A stretch of DNA of 64,000 bases from Candidatus Limnocylindria bacterium (GTDB taxonomy: Bacteria > Chloroflexota > Limnocylindria > P2-11E), in NCBI GenBank assembly GCA_036518215.1, contig DATDNP010000103.1:1803-65802 (forward strand). The letters run 5' to 3'. Below, one piece after another: positions 44,645 through 53,131 of this stretch. The notes beneath the pieces were generated by a model that saw only the letters and a list, made by a program, of their open reading frames with translations, had not been told where the DNA came from and did no database searches. Numbering within the stretch: position 1 is the stretch's first letter; the number at the start of each line of letters is the position of its first letter. The translations under genes were made by a program, and so were the position numbers.

Positions 44645-47092
44645 ATGCCGGACGCGATGGAGCATCGCGGCCTGACGACGGGCGAGGCCGCGCGTCTTCT
44701 CGCGCGCGACGGGCCGAACGAGACGCTCGAGCTCGGCCGCGCGTCCCCGCTGCGCGAGCTCCTTCGGACCGTCACGAGCCCTCTCATCCTCATCCTGCTC
44801 TTCGCGAGCGTCGTCTCAGGCGTCGTCGGTGAGATCGTCAACGCGGTCGTCATCGCCGCGATGGTCGTGATGGGCGCTGTTCTCGGATGGTGGCAGAGCG
44901 TGCGCGCACATCGCGCGACGGAGCGCCTCCGTCTCATGGTCGCGCCGACGGCGATGGCGCTGCGGGACGGGGTGTGGCGCCAGATCGCGCGCCGAGAGCT
45001 GGTGGTCGGCGACGTCGTGCGGCTGAACGCGGGCGACGTGGTGCCTGCCGACGCGCGGCTCGTCGAGTCGCGCGACCTTCATGTGCAGGAGGCGATCCTC
45101 ACCGGTGAGTCCGTGCCGGCGGAGAAGGGCGTGGCTGCCGCGGCGCTTGCGGGTCCGCGGACCGAGCGCAGCGACATCGTCTATCTCGGAACGTCGATCA
45201 CGAGCGGGACGGCGACCGCCGTCGTCTTCGCGACCGGGCACGCGACGGAGGTCGGCACGATCGCCGCGTCCCTCGCGCGCCCCGCGCCCGAGACCGCGTT
45301 CGATCGCGGCACGCGCCAGTTCGGCTTCTTCATCATGCGGTTGGTACTGTTCCTCGTCGCGTTCGTGTCGATCGTCAACATCGCGCTCCACCGCGACCCG
45401 CTCGACTCGATCCTCTTCGCGATCGCGCTCGCGGTCGGCCTCACGCCCGAGTACATGCCGATGATCATGACCGTCACGCTCGCGAAGGGCGCGTCGGGGA
45501 TGGCGAAGGCGGGCGTCATCGTGAAATCGCTCGGCGCGATCCAGAACCTCGGGAGCATGGACGTGCTCTGCAGCGACAAGACGAACACCCTCACGACCGG
45601 CGAGCTCGTCCTCGAGCGGTGCGTGCCGATGGCGGGCACGGAGGGAACGCTCCTCCGCCTCGCCGCGATCAACGCGGCCTTCCAGAGCGGGATCGACAGC
45701 GCGCTCGACGCCGCGATCCTCGCTCGTGCCCGTCTCGATACGACGGGACTCGCGAAGGTGGATGAGGTCCCGTTCGACTTCGACCGCCGACGGCTGTCCG
45801 TCGTCGTCGAATGCGAGGGGAAACGCCTCATCATCACGAAGGGCGCGCCGGAGGACATGATCGCGCTCTGCGCCATTGACGACGCGACGCGGCGCCGAGC
45901 GCTCGCGACGATCGACGAGCTCTCGGACGACGGCCTCCGCGTGCTCGCCGTCGCGTCACGCGAGGTGGAAGCACGATCGGCGTACGGCGCCGAGGAGGAG
46001 CGCGGCCTCGTGCTCGACGGATTCCTCGCGTTCGCCGATCCGCCGATCGAAGGGGTCGCCGCGACGCTCGCGGCGCTCCGCGCGGACGGCGTCGAGCTCA
46101 AGGTCCTCTCCGGCGATCACGTGCTCGTCGCTCGGCACGTCTGCGGACAGCTCGGCATCGCCGTCGACACCATCGTGGACGGTGACGCACTCGACGCGAT
46201 GGACGACCGCGCGCTCGCGGCCGCGGTGCGCACGACGAGCGTGTACGCGCGCGTCCGTCCCGAGCAGAAGCAGCGGGTCATCAGCGCGCTCCGTCGCGAG
46301 GGGCATGTCGTCGGCTACCTGGGCGACGGCGTCAACGACGCGCCGTCGATGCACGTCGCGGACATCGGCATCTCGGTCGAGCGCGGCGTCGATACGGCGA
46401 AGGAGGCGGCGGACGTCATCCTTCACGGTACCGGCCTCGAGGTCCTTCACGAGGGGATCCTCGCGGGCCGGCGCGCATTCGGGAACGTCGTGAAGTACCT
46501 CCTCATGGGCACGAGCTCCGACTTCGGGAACATGATCAGCATGGCCGTCGCGTCGGTCGTGCTGCCGTTCCTTCCGATGCTCCCTCGCCAGATCCTCCTC
46601 AACGACCTCATGTACGACGTCACGCAGATGGCCATCCCGACCGACGCGGTCGACCCGAGCTACGTTCGGAAGCCGCGGCGCTGGGATATCGGTCTCGTCC
46701 GGCGGTTCATGCTCACGCTCGGGCCGGTGAGCTCCCTCTACGACCTCGCGACGTTCGCCGTGCTCATGTGGCTCTTCGATGCGAAGGAGTCGCTCTTCCA
46801 GACCGGATGGTTCGTCGAATCGCTCGCGACGCAGACGCTCGTCGTCTTCGTCATCCGCACGACCGGCAATCCATTCCGCAGCCGGCCGAGTCGTCCGCTC
46901 GCGGTCGCCGTCGTCCTCGTGGTCGCGGTCGCGATCGCGCTTCCCTTCTCGCCGCTCGCGACCGACTTCGGCCTCGTGCCGCTTCCGGCGACGTACCTCG
47001 GCCTGCTCGTCGTCATGGTCGGGAGCTATCTCGCGCTCGTTGAGCTCGTGAAGCGCCGCGTCTTCGCGAGGACCGAGCGCGCCGCCGTCTAG
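44645..47092 (+). CDS. mgtA: Mg2+-transporting P-type ATPase (MgtA-like) with non-canonical phosphorylation motif
   Basis: TGES, GDGVNDAPS and a 10-TM architecture of the P-type IIIB class are present. The phosphorylation loop reads CSDKTNTLT (Asn in place of the invariant Gly of DKTGT). Confidence 0.8.
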   Translation: MPDAMEHRGLTTGEAARLLARDGPNETLELGRASPLRELLRTVTSPLILILLFASVVSGVVGEIVNAVVIAAMVVMGAVLGWWQSVRAHRATERLRLMVAPTAMALRDGVWRQIARRELVVGDVVRLNAGDVVPADARLVESRDLHVQEAILTGESVPAEKGVAAAALAGPRTERSDIVYLGTSITSGTATAVVFATGHATEVGTIAASLARPAPETAFDRGTRQFGFFIMRLVLFLVAFVSIVNIALHRDPLDSILFAIALAVGLTPEYMPMIMTVTLAKGASGMAKAGVIVKSLGAIQNLGSMDVLCSDKTNTLTTGELVLERCVPMAGTEGTLLRLAAINAAFQSGIDSALDAAILARARLDTTGLAKVDEVPFDFDRRRLSVVVECEGKRLIITKGAPEDMIALCAIDDATRRRALATIDELSDDGLRVLAVASREVEARSAYGAEEERGLVLDGFLAFADPPIEGVAATLAALRADGVELKVLSGDHVLVARHVCGQLGIAVDTIVDGDALDAMDDRALAAAVRTTSVYARVRPEQKQRVISALRREGHVVGYLGDGVNDAPSMHVADIGISVERGVDTAKEAADVILHGTGLEVLHEGILAGRRAFGNVVKYLLMGTSSDFGNMISMAVASVVLPFLPMLPRQILLNDLMYDVTQMAIPTDAVDPSYVRKPRRWDIGLVRRFMLTLGPVSSLYDLATFAVLMWLFDAKESLFQTGWFVESLATQTLVVFVIRTTGNPFRSRPSRPLAVAVVLVVAVAIALPFSPLATDFGLVPLPATYLGLLVVMVGSYLALVELVKRRVFARTERAAV

Positions 47093-47101
47093 CATCGCGG
47101 C

Positions 47102-47578
47102 GTGCCGGTCGCGAAGGTGACGCACACGAAGCGGCGGACGATGGCACGGGTCGCGGCCGAGTACCGCGCGCTCGATCGCGTCGTGCGCGCGCTCGGGACG
47201 CGCGGCCTCGAACGGCCCGTGCCGGGGTTCGGCGCGCGCGCGCGGATCCGCCGCGAGTCGTGGACGGGGAAGGACGCGCTCGCGCACATCGTCGAGTGGA
47301 AGCGACAGGCGCTCCGCGCGCTGCGGCGCGAGCATTCGGATCCGGAGCTTCGGGGCCTCGTCATCGCACGGAAGAACCGCGTGCTGTACGAGCGGTGGCA
47401 CCGGCGGCCGGCACGCGACGTCATCGCCTACCACCGAGCGGTGGAGCGTGACGTCATGGCCGCGCTGCGCGCGTTACCCGAGGACTACTTCGCGAAGAAG
47501 CGCTCGCCGTACTGGCCCGGCGATCTCCTCGGTCACGCCGCCGGCCATCGCACCCGGCACCTCGAGCGGATGCTCTAG
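47102..47578 (+). CDS. ClbS/DfsB-like (DUF1706) four-helix-bundle protein
   Basis: WTGKDALAHIVEWKRQ motif region. The start is possibly at the internal Met (MARVAAEY, 47141). Confidence 0.45.
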   Translation: MPVAKVTHTKRRTMARVAAEYRALDRVVRALGTRGLERPVPGFGARARIRRESWTGKDALAHIVEWKRQALRALRREHSDPELRGLVIARKNRVLYERWHRRPARDVIAYHRAVERDVMAALRALPEDYFAKKRSPYWPGDLLGHAAGHRTRHLERML

Positions 47579-48459
47579 CTCCTCCCCGCTGCGTGCACGA
47601 TGAGCACCGACTGCGGCGCGTGCGTCAGCACGTTCCGGGCGACGCTGCCGAGGACGAGACGCTCGAACCCCGTCTGGCCGCGGCTTCCGATGACGATGAG
47701 GTCCGCCGCGTGCTCGAACGCGGCTCCGATGATCTCGCCCGCCGGATCGCCGAAGCGCACGCCCGGCTCCGCCTTGAGACCCGCGGCGGTCAGCCTCGCC
47801 GCGGCGTCGTCGGCGACGAGGCCGTGGATGCCGCGAAGCGCGTCGACACCTTCGGCGTAGCTCTGCTGCGCGTCCTCGTGCCGGATCGGACCCGAGCCCG
47901 TGATCGCGTACACCGGGGCGACGCTCAGGGCGAGCGCGGGAAGCCCGCGGAAGATCGGCCACGTCGCCGCCACGTCGACGGCGGCTGCGGCGGCGCGCGA
48001 ACCGTCATCGGCGACCACGATCTTGCGCACGACGGGAACGCGCGCGACGAGCACCGGGCACGGCGAGCGGTCCACGACCTCGGCCGCGACGGATCCGAGC
48101 AACATCGTCGCGAGCGGACCGCGGCCGCGGCTCCCGATCACGATGAGGTCGCCGCCGATGCGATCGGCCTCGCGCACGATCTCGCTCGCGGCGCGGCCTC
48201 GCCGGCTCGCCGTCTCGACGGGTCCGTGAAGGCGCGCCTTCGCCTTCGCGAGATCGTCCGCGATCTGCTCTCGCGCGTCGCGCTCGAGCGCGGCGAGCGA
48301 CTCGGGCGGCACCTCGATCCCGGGCATGAGCGGCTCTTCGACCTCGAGGACCTCGATGCTCGTGCCCTCGCCCCACGCGAGCGAGGCCGCGAGATCCACG
48401 GCGATCCGTGCGTTCTCCGATCCATCCGTGGCGACCAGGACCTTCTTCAGCGCATCCAT
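47575..48459 (-). CDS. Universal stress protein (tandem UspA domains)
   Basis: Start at MDALKKVLVATDGS (ATG 48457-48459, GGGAGG SD). Two USP ATP-binding-type modules (GSRGRGPL..., GSRGQTGF...). The track's 64-aa N-terminal extension was rejected. Confidence 0.85.
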   Translation of the reverse strand: MDALKKVLVATDGSENARIAVDLAASLAWGEGTSIEVLEVEEPLMPGIEVPPESLAALERDAREQIADDLAKAKARLHGPVETASRRGRAASEIVREADRIGGDLIVIGSRGRGPLATMLLGSVAAEVVDRSPCPVLVARVPVVRKIVVADDGSRAAAAAVDVAATWPIFRGLPALALSVAPVYAITGSGPIRHEDAQQSYAEGVDALRGIHGLVADDAAARLTAAGLKAEPGVRFGDPAGEIIGAAFEHAADLIVIGSRGQTGFERLVLGSVARNVLTHAPQSVLIVHAAGRS

Positions 48460-48846
48460 CACTACGCCTCCCGTCCGGACTAGAGCGTCGCGCGAGGCCA
48501 TGCGCGCCGGAAGTGCCGAAACACCCGTCGCTGTCGGGCGAGGCCTGTCATCGTGTCGTCGACGTCGGTCGTTTTCCGCGCACCCACAGCGACGTTCGGA
48601 CGCACCGCCGGATGACGCGCGGCACTGCTGCGAGCACCCCGGTGGTGGCACATTCGCATCGTCCCGAGGGGCCTGCCGAGGGATCGCGACAGAGATCTCA
48701 TCAACGTCGCGAAACTGGGAGCGGCATCAGAGACGGTCGACCGAAAGGCATCAAAGACCGGCTCCGCCGTAGAGATACATGGTCATGAACGGATCTCTCC
48801 GGTCGGCAGGTCGCCCGGGATTTTTCGCGTATCTGGAGGAGGACGG
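48460..48846 (+). promoter_or_regulatory. Long (387 bp) divergent intergenic/5' leader region upstream of the His-rich protein gene
   Basis: No credible ORF on either strand. GC-rich with several short inverted repeats. SD GGAGGAGG lies immediately before ATG 48847. Confidence 0.4.
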
Positions 48847-49134
48847 ATGGCTACCACGTTCCTGAAGGTCCAGAAGACCGATGGCGAGGGGCGTGAGCCC
48901 GAGCACGTGCACGAGCCGCAGACGCATACGCACGACCACTATCACATCGCCCACGTGCACGCGGAGGGGACCGACGTCGAGTGGCGCCACCAGGCGAGCT
49001 GGCATACGCACGAACACGACCATGGGCAGGTCGTGCATAGCCACGACTACTCGCGAGACAACGAGATCGAGCACCACAGCCGACGCGCGCACATCCACGA
49101 CCACCTTCACCCGATCCATCCCGCCGTCCTGTAG
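48847..49134 (+). CDS. Histidine-rich small protein (95 aa, ~24 % His), putative metal-binding
   Basis: MATTFLKVQKTDGEGREPEHVHEPQTHTHDHYHIAHVHAEGTDVEWRHQASWHTHEHDHGQVVHSHDYSRDNEIEHHSRRAHIHDHLHPIHPAVL, with strong SD and genome-typical codon usage. Confidence 0.7.
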   Translation: MATTFLKVQKTDGEGREPEHVHEPQTHTHDHYHIAHVHAEGTDVEWRHQASWHTHEHDHGQVVHSHDYSRDNEIEHHSRRAHIHDHLHPIHPAVL

Positions 49135-49175
49135 CGCGAGTCACGAGGGACGCAAGGCATATCGGGGATGCGGGT

Positions 49176-49703
49176 GTGACCCATTACCCGACAGGTACGC
49201 GCGCGCTCCATCCATACGCTCGGCTCATGGAACGTGACACGTCCGGAACGCTCGCGATCGAGCCGCTCGAGGACCAGCCCGAGGCCGCGCCGCCGCGGGT
49301 GAGCGAGCACGACGCCGAGGACGTCGGGACGCAGGACATGCGCGACGAGGAGGCCGCGGAGGGCGCCGACCCGTACTTCGCGCCGACCGACCCCGTGCTG
49401 AACGATCGCGGCCGCGAGGTCATCGGCGGCTTCGACCAGACGTCGATGGACGACGTCGCCGTGGAGCGTTCCACGATCGATGACGAGCCGGGCGACGAGG
49501 CGCTCGCGGACGCCGTTCGTCGCGAGCTCCGCGAGGACGCGCTCACGAGCCACCTGCACGTCGCGGTCGAGGTGAAGCGCGGCGTCGCGTTCATCCGCGG
49601 CGCCGCCGACGACCTCGAGGACGGCGACGACGCGGCCGACGTCGCCTCGCGCGTGCCGGGCGTCCAGCGCGTCGTCACCGACATCGAGACACCCAAGGCC
49701 TAG
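49176..49703 (+). CDS. BON-domain protein (OsmY-like) with acidic N-terminal region
   Basis: C-terminal BON domain (LTSHLHVAVEVKRGVAFIRGAADDLEDGDDAADVASRVPGVQRVV). Start is ambiguous: GTG at 49176 or ATG at 49227. Confidence 0.65.
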   Translation: MTHYPTGTRALHPYARLMERDTSGTLAIEPLEDQPEAAPPRVSEHDAEDVGTQDMRDEEAAEGADPYFAPTDPVLNDRGREVIGGFDQTSMDDVAVERSTIDDEPGDEALADAVRRELREDALTSHLHVAVEVKRGVAFIRGAADDLEDGDDAADVASRVPGVQRVVTDIETPKA

Positions 49704-49715
49704 GAGGTCAGAGAG

Positions 49716-50531
49716 ATGCGTGTCCTGATCGCGTTCGATGGGTCCCACGGCGCAACGACGGCGCTCGATCTTGCGCGCGCCATCCCCTGGCCGACCGGAA
49801 GCGTCCTCGACCTGTTCCGCGTGGACGGGTCCCTCGGGTCATCGCTCGCCGAGCCGGCGGCATCGCTGGAACGGGAAGGCATCTCCGTCGAGCAGACCGT
49901 CGAGCGGCGGGACAGCCCGCAGGAAGCCATCGTGAACGAGGCGGCGCGCTTCGGCGCGGACCTCATCATCACCGGAAGCCGCGGTCACGGACCGATGACG
50001 ACCGCGCTCATCGGGTCCGTCGCGCGCAGCATCGCCGAACACGCGCCGTGCCCGGTCCTGGTCGCGCGGCGGCCGACCTTCCAGAACCTCCTCTTCGCCG
50101 AGGACGGCTCGCCGAGCGCGTTCAACGCTCGCCGCATCCTCGCGACGTGGCCGATCTTCAGCGGCCGCGTGCTCCACGTGCTGAGCGTCGCCCAGGTGAA
50201 GACGCCGATCCTCTCCGGCGTCGCCGCCGCGGTGAGCGGAGACGCCCGCCGCGCGCAGCAGGACGCGGAGATGGAGGCGCGCTCCTCGTACGGCCGCCTT
50301 GCCGTCGAATGCGCCGAGCAGCTCCGCATCGCGGGCGTCGCGGCGGAGAGCGAGGTGCGCAGCGGAGACCCGGCTGAGGAGATCCTCGCGACCGCGGAGC
50401 GCCGCGGCGCCGACGTCATCGTGCTCGGCAGCCGCGGCCGTGACGATCTCTCGCGCGTCATGCTCGGCAGCGTCGCGCGCGAAGTGCTGCTGCGCGCCCA
50501 TGCGTCCGTGATGGTCGTGCGGAAGAGCTGA
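49716..50531 (+). CDS. Universal stress protein (tandem UspA domains)
   Basis: AGGAGG SD. MRVLIAFDGS..., GSRGHGPM..., GSRGRDDL... Confidence 0.88.
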   Translation: MRVLIAFDGSHGATTALDLARAIPWPTGSVLDLFRVDGSLGSSLAEPAASLEREGISVEQTVERRDSPQEAIVNEAARFGADLIITGSRGHGPMTTALIGSVARSIAEHAPCPVLVARRPTFQNLLFAEDGSPSAFNARRILATWPIFSGRVLHVLSVAQVKTPILSGVAAAVSGDARRAQQDAEMEARSSYGRLAVECAEQLRIAGVAAESEVRSGDPAEEILATAERRGADVIVLGSRGRDDLSRVMLGSVAREVLLRAHASVMVVRKS

Positions 50532-50535
50532 CCTT

Positions 50536-53025
50536 CTACTGCAGCGTCGTCACCGCGCGTCTCGCGAGCGCGGTCGCCTCGGCGTAGCCCGTGCCCGGCG
50601 GCACGCAGAAGGGCTCGCCGATGATGAGACGTGCGCGACCGCGATGCTCCGGGAGCCAGGGGAACGGCGTGTCGTGCCGGGGATAGAGGGCCGCGTACCC
50701 CTCGATGCGGAACGGCACGATGGGCACGGCGAGCTCCACCGCGAGCATGCCGACGCCGTTCAGGAAGGCAGCGGTCTCCTCGCGCATGCTCGGGCCGCCC
50801 TCCGGCGCGAGGAGCACCCCGTAGCCGTCGTCGATCCACCGCGTCGCCTCGATGAGGCTGTCCCGCGACGCGCCGCCCGTCTTCACGAGCGGGAATCCCT
50901 GCACCGCGAGCGCGACGAGCGCGCCCTGGTACGAGCGCCCCCGTGCCCAGGCCTCGGCGTCCGCCGCGACGGCGACGCGATGGCGGAGCGAACGCGGGAT
51001 CGAGCGCAGGAAGAGCAGCGCGGCGTAGGGCGCCTGGTAGTTGAACACGATGAGCGACGGCGTCGGGATCGTCGCGATGCGCTCCGGATGCACCACCTCG
51101 AGGCCCGTGAGCCAGTGGTCCTGGATGCGCGATGCCGTCGCGACGAGCGCGTCGCCGACCAGGCGTGCCCACCATGAGCGGGGCCAGCGCGCTCCCTGCC
51201 GGACCACGATCTCGGGCTCGGCGCCGCGCACGATGTCGCGAAGGCCGGCGACCGTGAGCGCCGGCCCGACGCGCGACTCATCGATCGCGATGCCGAGGTC
51301 CTCCTCGAGGATGGAGAGCAGCTCGATGCGACCGATCGAGTCGAGACCGAGGTCGGCCTCGAGCGCATCGCTCTCACGCACGGTGTCAGGCGCGCGCTCG
51401 CTCGCACGAGCGATCGCGGCGAGAAGCGGGTCGCTGGTGGTCTGCGCCGCCACCGCGGGCGAGGATCGCTCCGCGCGACCCTCGAACGCGCCGCGGATGG
51501 CGGCGCGGTCGGGCTTGAGCGTCGGGCCGCGCGGGAAGTCGGGCTCCGGCCACGCGGTCCACGTGCGGATCTGCTGATGGTCCGCGAGCCGCGCGTTCGC
51601 GGACCGCACGATCTCCTCCGCCCGCTCCGCCGGCGCGAGGAGGAGCGCGTGGACGCGCTCGCGTCCGTGCTCGTCGCGCACGCCGATGACGCAGCTGTCG
51701 CGCACGGCGGGATCGGCGTTCAGCTCGCGCTCCACGTCTTCGGGATAGACCTTGCGGCCGTCGGGAAGCACGATGCGGAACGCGACGCGACCGGTGACGT
51801 AGAGATATCCGTTCTCGTCGAACCGCCCGACGTCCCCGGTGCGCAGCCAGCCCTCGCGGCGCGTCGCGGCCGTGCGACGCTCGTCGCCGAAGTACCCCGG
51901 ACTCACCGTGGGCCCCGCGATCTCGATCTCGCCGTCGGGTCCGCAGCGCACGCGGACGTTCGGCATCGCGCGGCCCGCCGAGCCGAGCCGCTGGTGCGCG
52001 CGCGAATTGATCGTCGCGCCCGCCGCGCTCTCGGTGAGACCGTAGCCCTCGAACACGTGCACGCCCATGCGCTCCCACGCGCGCGCGACGCCGACGTCCA
52101 GCGGCGCGCCACCGACGCCGAAGAAGTCGAACTGTCCGCCGAGCGCCCGCAGCACGGACGTGAAGAGCACACGGCGCATGGCGAACGGCAGGTATGGGGC
52201 GACGCGATGCGCGAACGACCAGCGTGACCACATGCCGTCGCGCCGGGCGCGCCGCTCGATGCCACGGAGCATGAGCCGGAGGAGCTCGGGCACGACCGTC
52301 ATCGCCTCCACATGCGCCTCGGCCATCGCGCGCGCGATCGTCACTGCGTTCACGCGCGGCACGAACGTCGTTCGGATGCCCGAGGTGAAGCCGTGCAGGA
52401 ACGTCACGGTGAGCTCGTACACGTGCGAGAGCGGCAGGACCGAGAGCGCGACGAGCCCCGGCCGCAGCGGATACGCGAGGCGCAGGCCGGCGATCTCGGC
52501 GAGGAGGTTCGCGTGCGTGAGCATGACGCCCTTCGGCTCGGCGGTCGTCCCCGACGTGTACACGATCGCCGCGAGCGCGTCGCCGTCCACGCGCGGCATC
52601 TCGACCGGCGACGCGGATGCGCCGACGAACGACAGGAGGTCCTCGAGCGCGTACGTACCGACGTCCTCCGCGCCGCCGTCGGGTACCACGCGCGAGGTGA
52701 ACAGCACGCGTGTGCCCGACGCGGCGAGCGTCCGCGCGACGACCTCGGGTCGCGTGCGAACGTCGATGGGTACGACGACGAGGCCAGCGAGCCACGCGCC
52801 GAAGTACACGAGCGCGTACTCGGGCATGTTCGGCGCGCGCACGCCGACCCGGTCGCCGGGCTGGAGGCCATGGACGACGCACCACGCCGCGACGCGTCGC
52901 GCGTGCAGCGCGGCCTCGGTGTACGTCATCCGTTCGAACCGGAGCTGACGTCGCATCTGGAACGCGACGGCGGGTCCGTGCGTCGCGGCTGCCGCGAGGA
53001 GCGCCTCGCCGAGCGTACCCGGCAT
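50536..53025 (-). CDS. Tri-domain fusion of an AMP-dependent acyl-ACP synthetase-like domain, an acyl carrier (PP-binding) domain and a PlsC/LPLAT-like acyltransferase domain
   Basis: YTSGTTAEPKGV adenylation motif; GLDSIGRIELL phosphopantetheine-attachment-like motif; LAPEGGPS acyltransferase motif III-like. The expected HX4D position reads NYQAPYA (possibly degenerate). Confidence 0.8.
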   Translation of the reverse strand: MPGTLGEALLAAAATHGPAVAFQMRRQLRFERMTYTEAALHARRVAAWCVVHGLQPGDRVGVRAPNMPEYALVYFGAWLAGLVVVPIDVRTRPEVVARTLAASGTRVLFTSRVVPDGGAEDVGTYALEDLLSFVGASASPVEMPRVDGDALAAIVYTSGTTAEPKGVMLTHANLLAEIAGLRLAYPLRPGLVALSVLPLSHVYELTVTFLHGFTSGIRTTFVPRVNAVTIARAMAEAHVEAMTVVPELLRLMLRGIERRARRDGMWSRWSFAHRVAPYLPFAMRRVLFTSVLRALGGQFDFFGVGGAPLDVGVARAWERMGVHVFEGYGLTESAAGATINSRAHQRLGSAGRAMPNVRVRCGPDGEIEIAGPTVSPGYFGDERRTAATRREGWLRTGDVGRFDENGYLYVTGRVAFRIVLPDGRKVYPEDVERELNADPAVRDSCVIGVRDEHGRERVHALLLAPAERAEEIVRSANARLADHQQIRTWTAWPEPDFPRGPTLKPDRAAIRGAFEGRAERSSPAVAAQTTSDPLLAAIARASERAPDTVRESDALEADLGLDSIGRIELLSILEEDLGIAIDESRVGPALTVAGLRDIVRGAEPEIVVRQGARWPRSWWARLVGDALVATASRIQDHWLTGLEVVHPERIATIPTPSLIVFNYQAPYAALLFLRSIPRSLRHRVAVAADAEAWARGRSYQGALVALAVQGFPLVKTGGASRDSLIEATRWIDDGYGVLLAPEGGPSMREETAAFLNGVGMLAVELAVPIVPFRIEGYAALYPRHDTPFPWLPEHRGRARLIIGEPFCVPPGTGYAEATALARRAVTTLQ

Positions 53026-53131
53026 GACGCGATGCTCGGCCGACGTCCTGTGGCCGACAAAGGCCGAAGGACCTAATGCGAACGCCGCGCGCGGCCCTTC
53101 TCGCGATGGTGCGGACCACTACGTTGGTCGG

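Noticed and set aside
44645-44700. Possible Mg2+ (M-box) riboswitch upstream of mgtA
   Set aside because: mgtA's ATG directly follows the pfkB stop (atcTAGATGccg). There is no leader sequence to accommodate a riboswitch.
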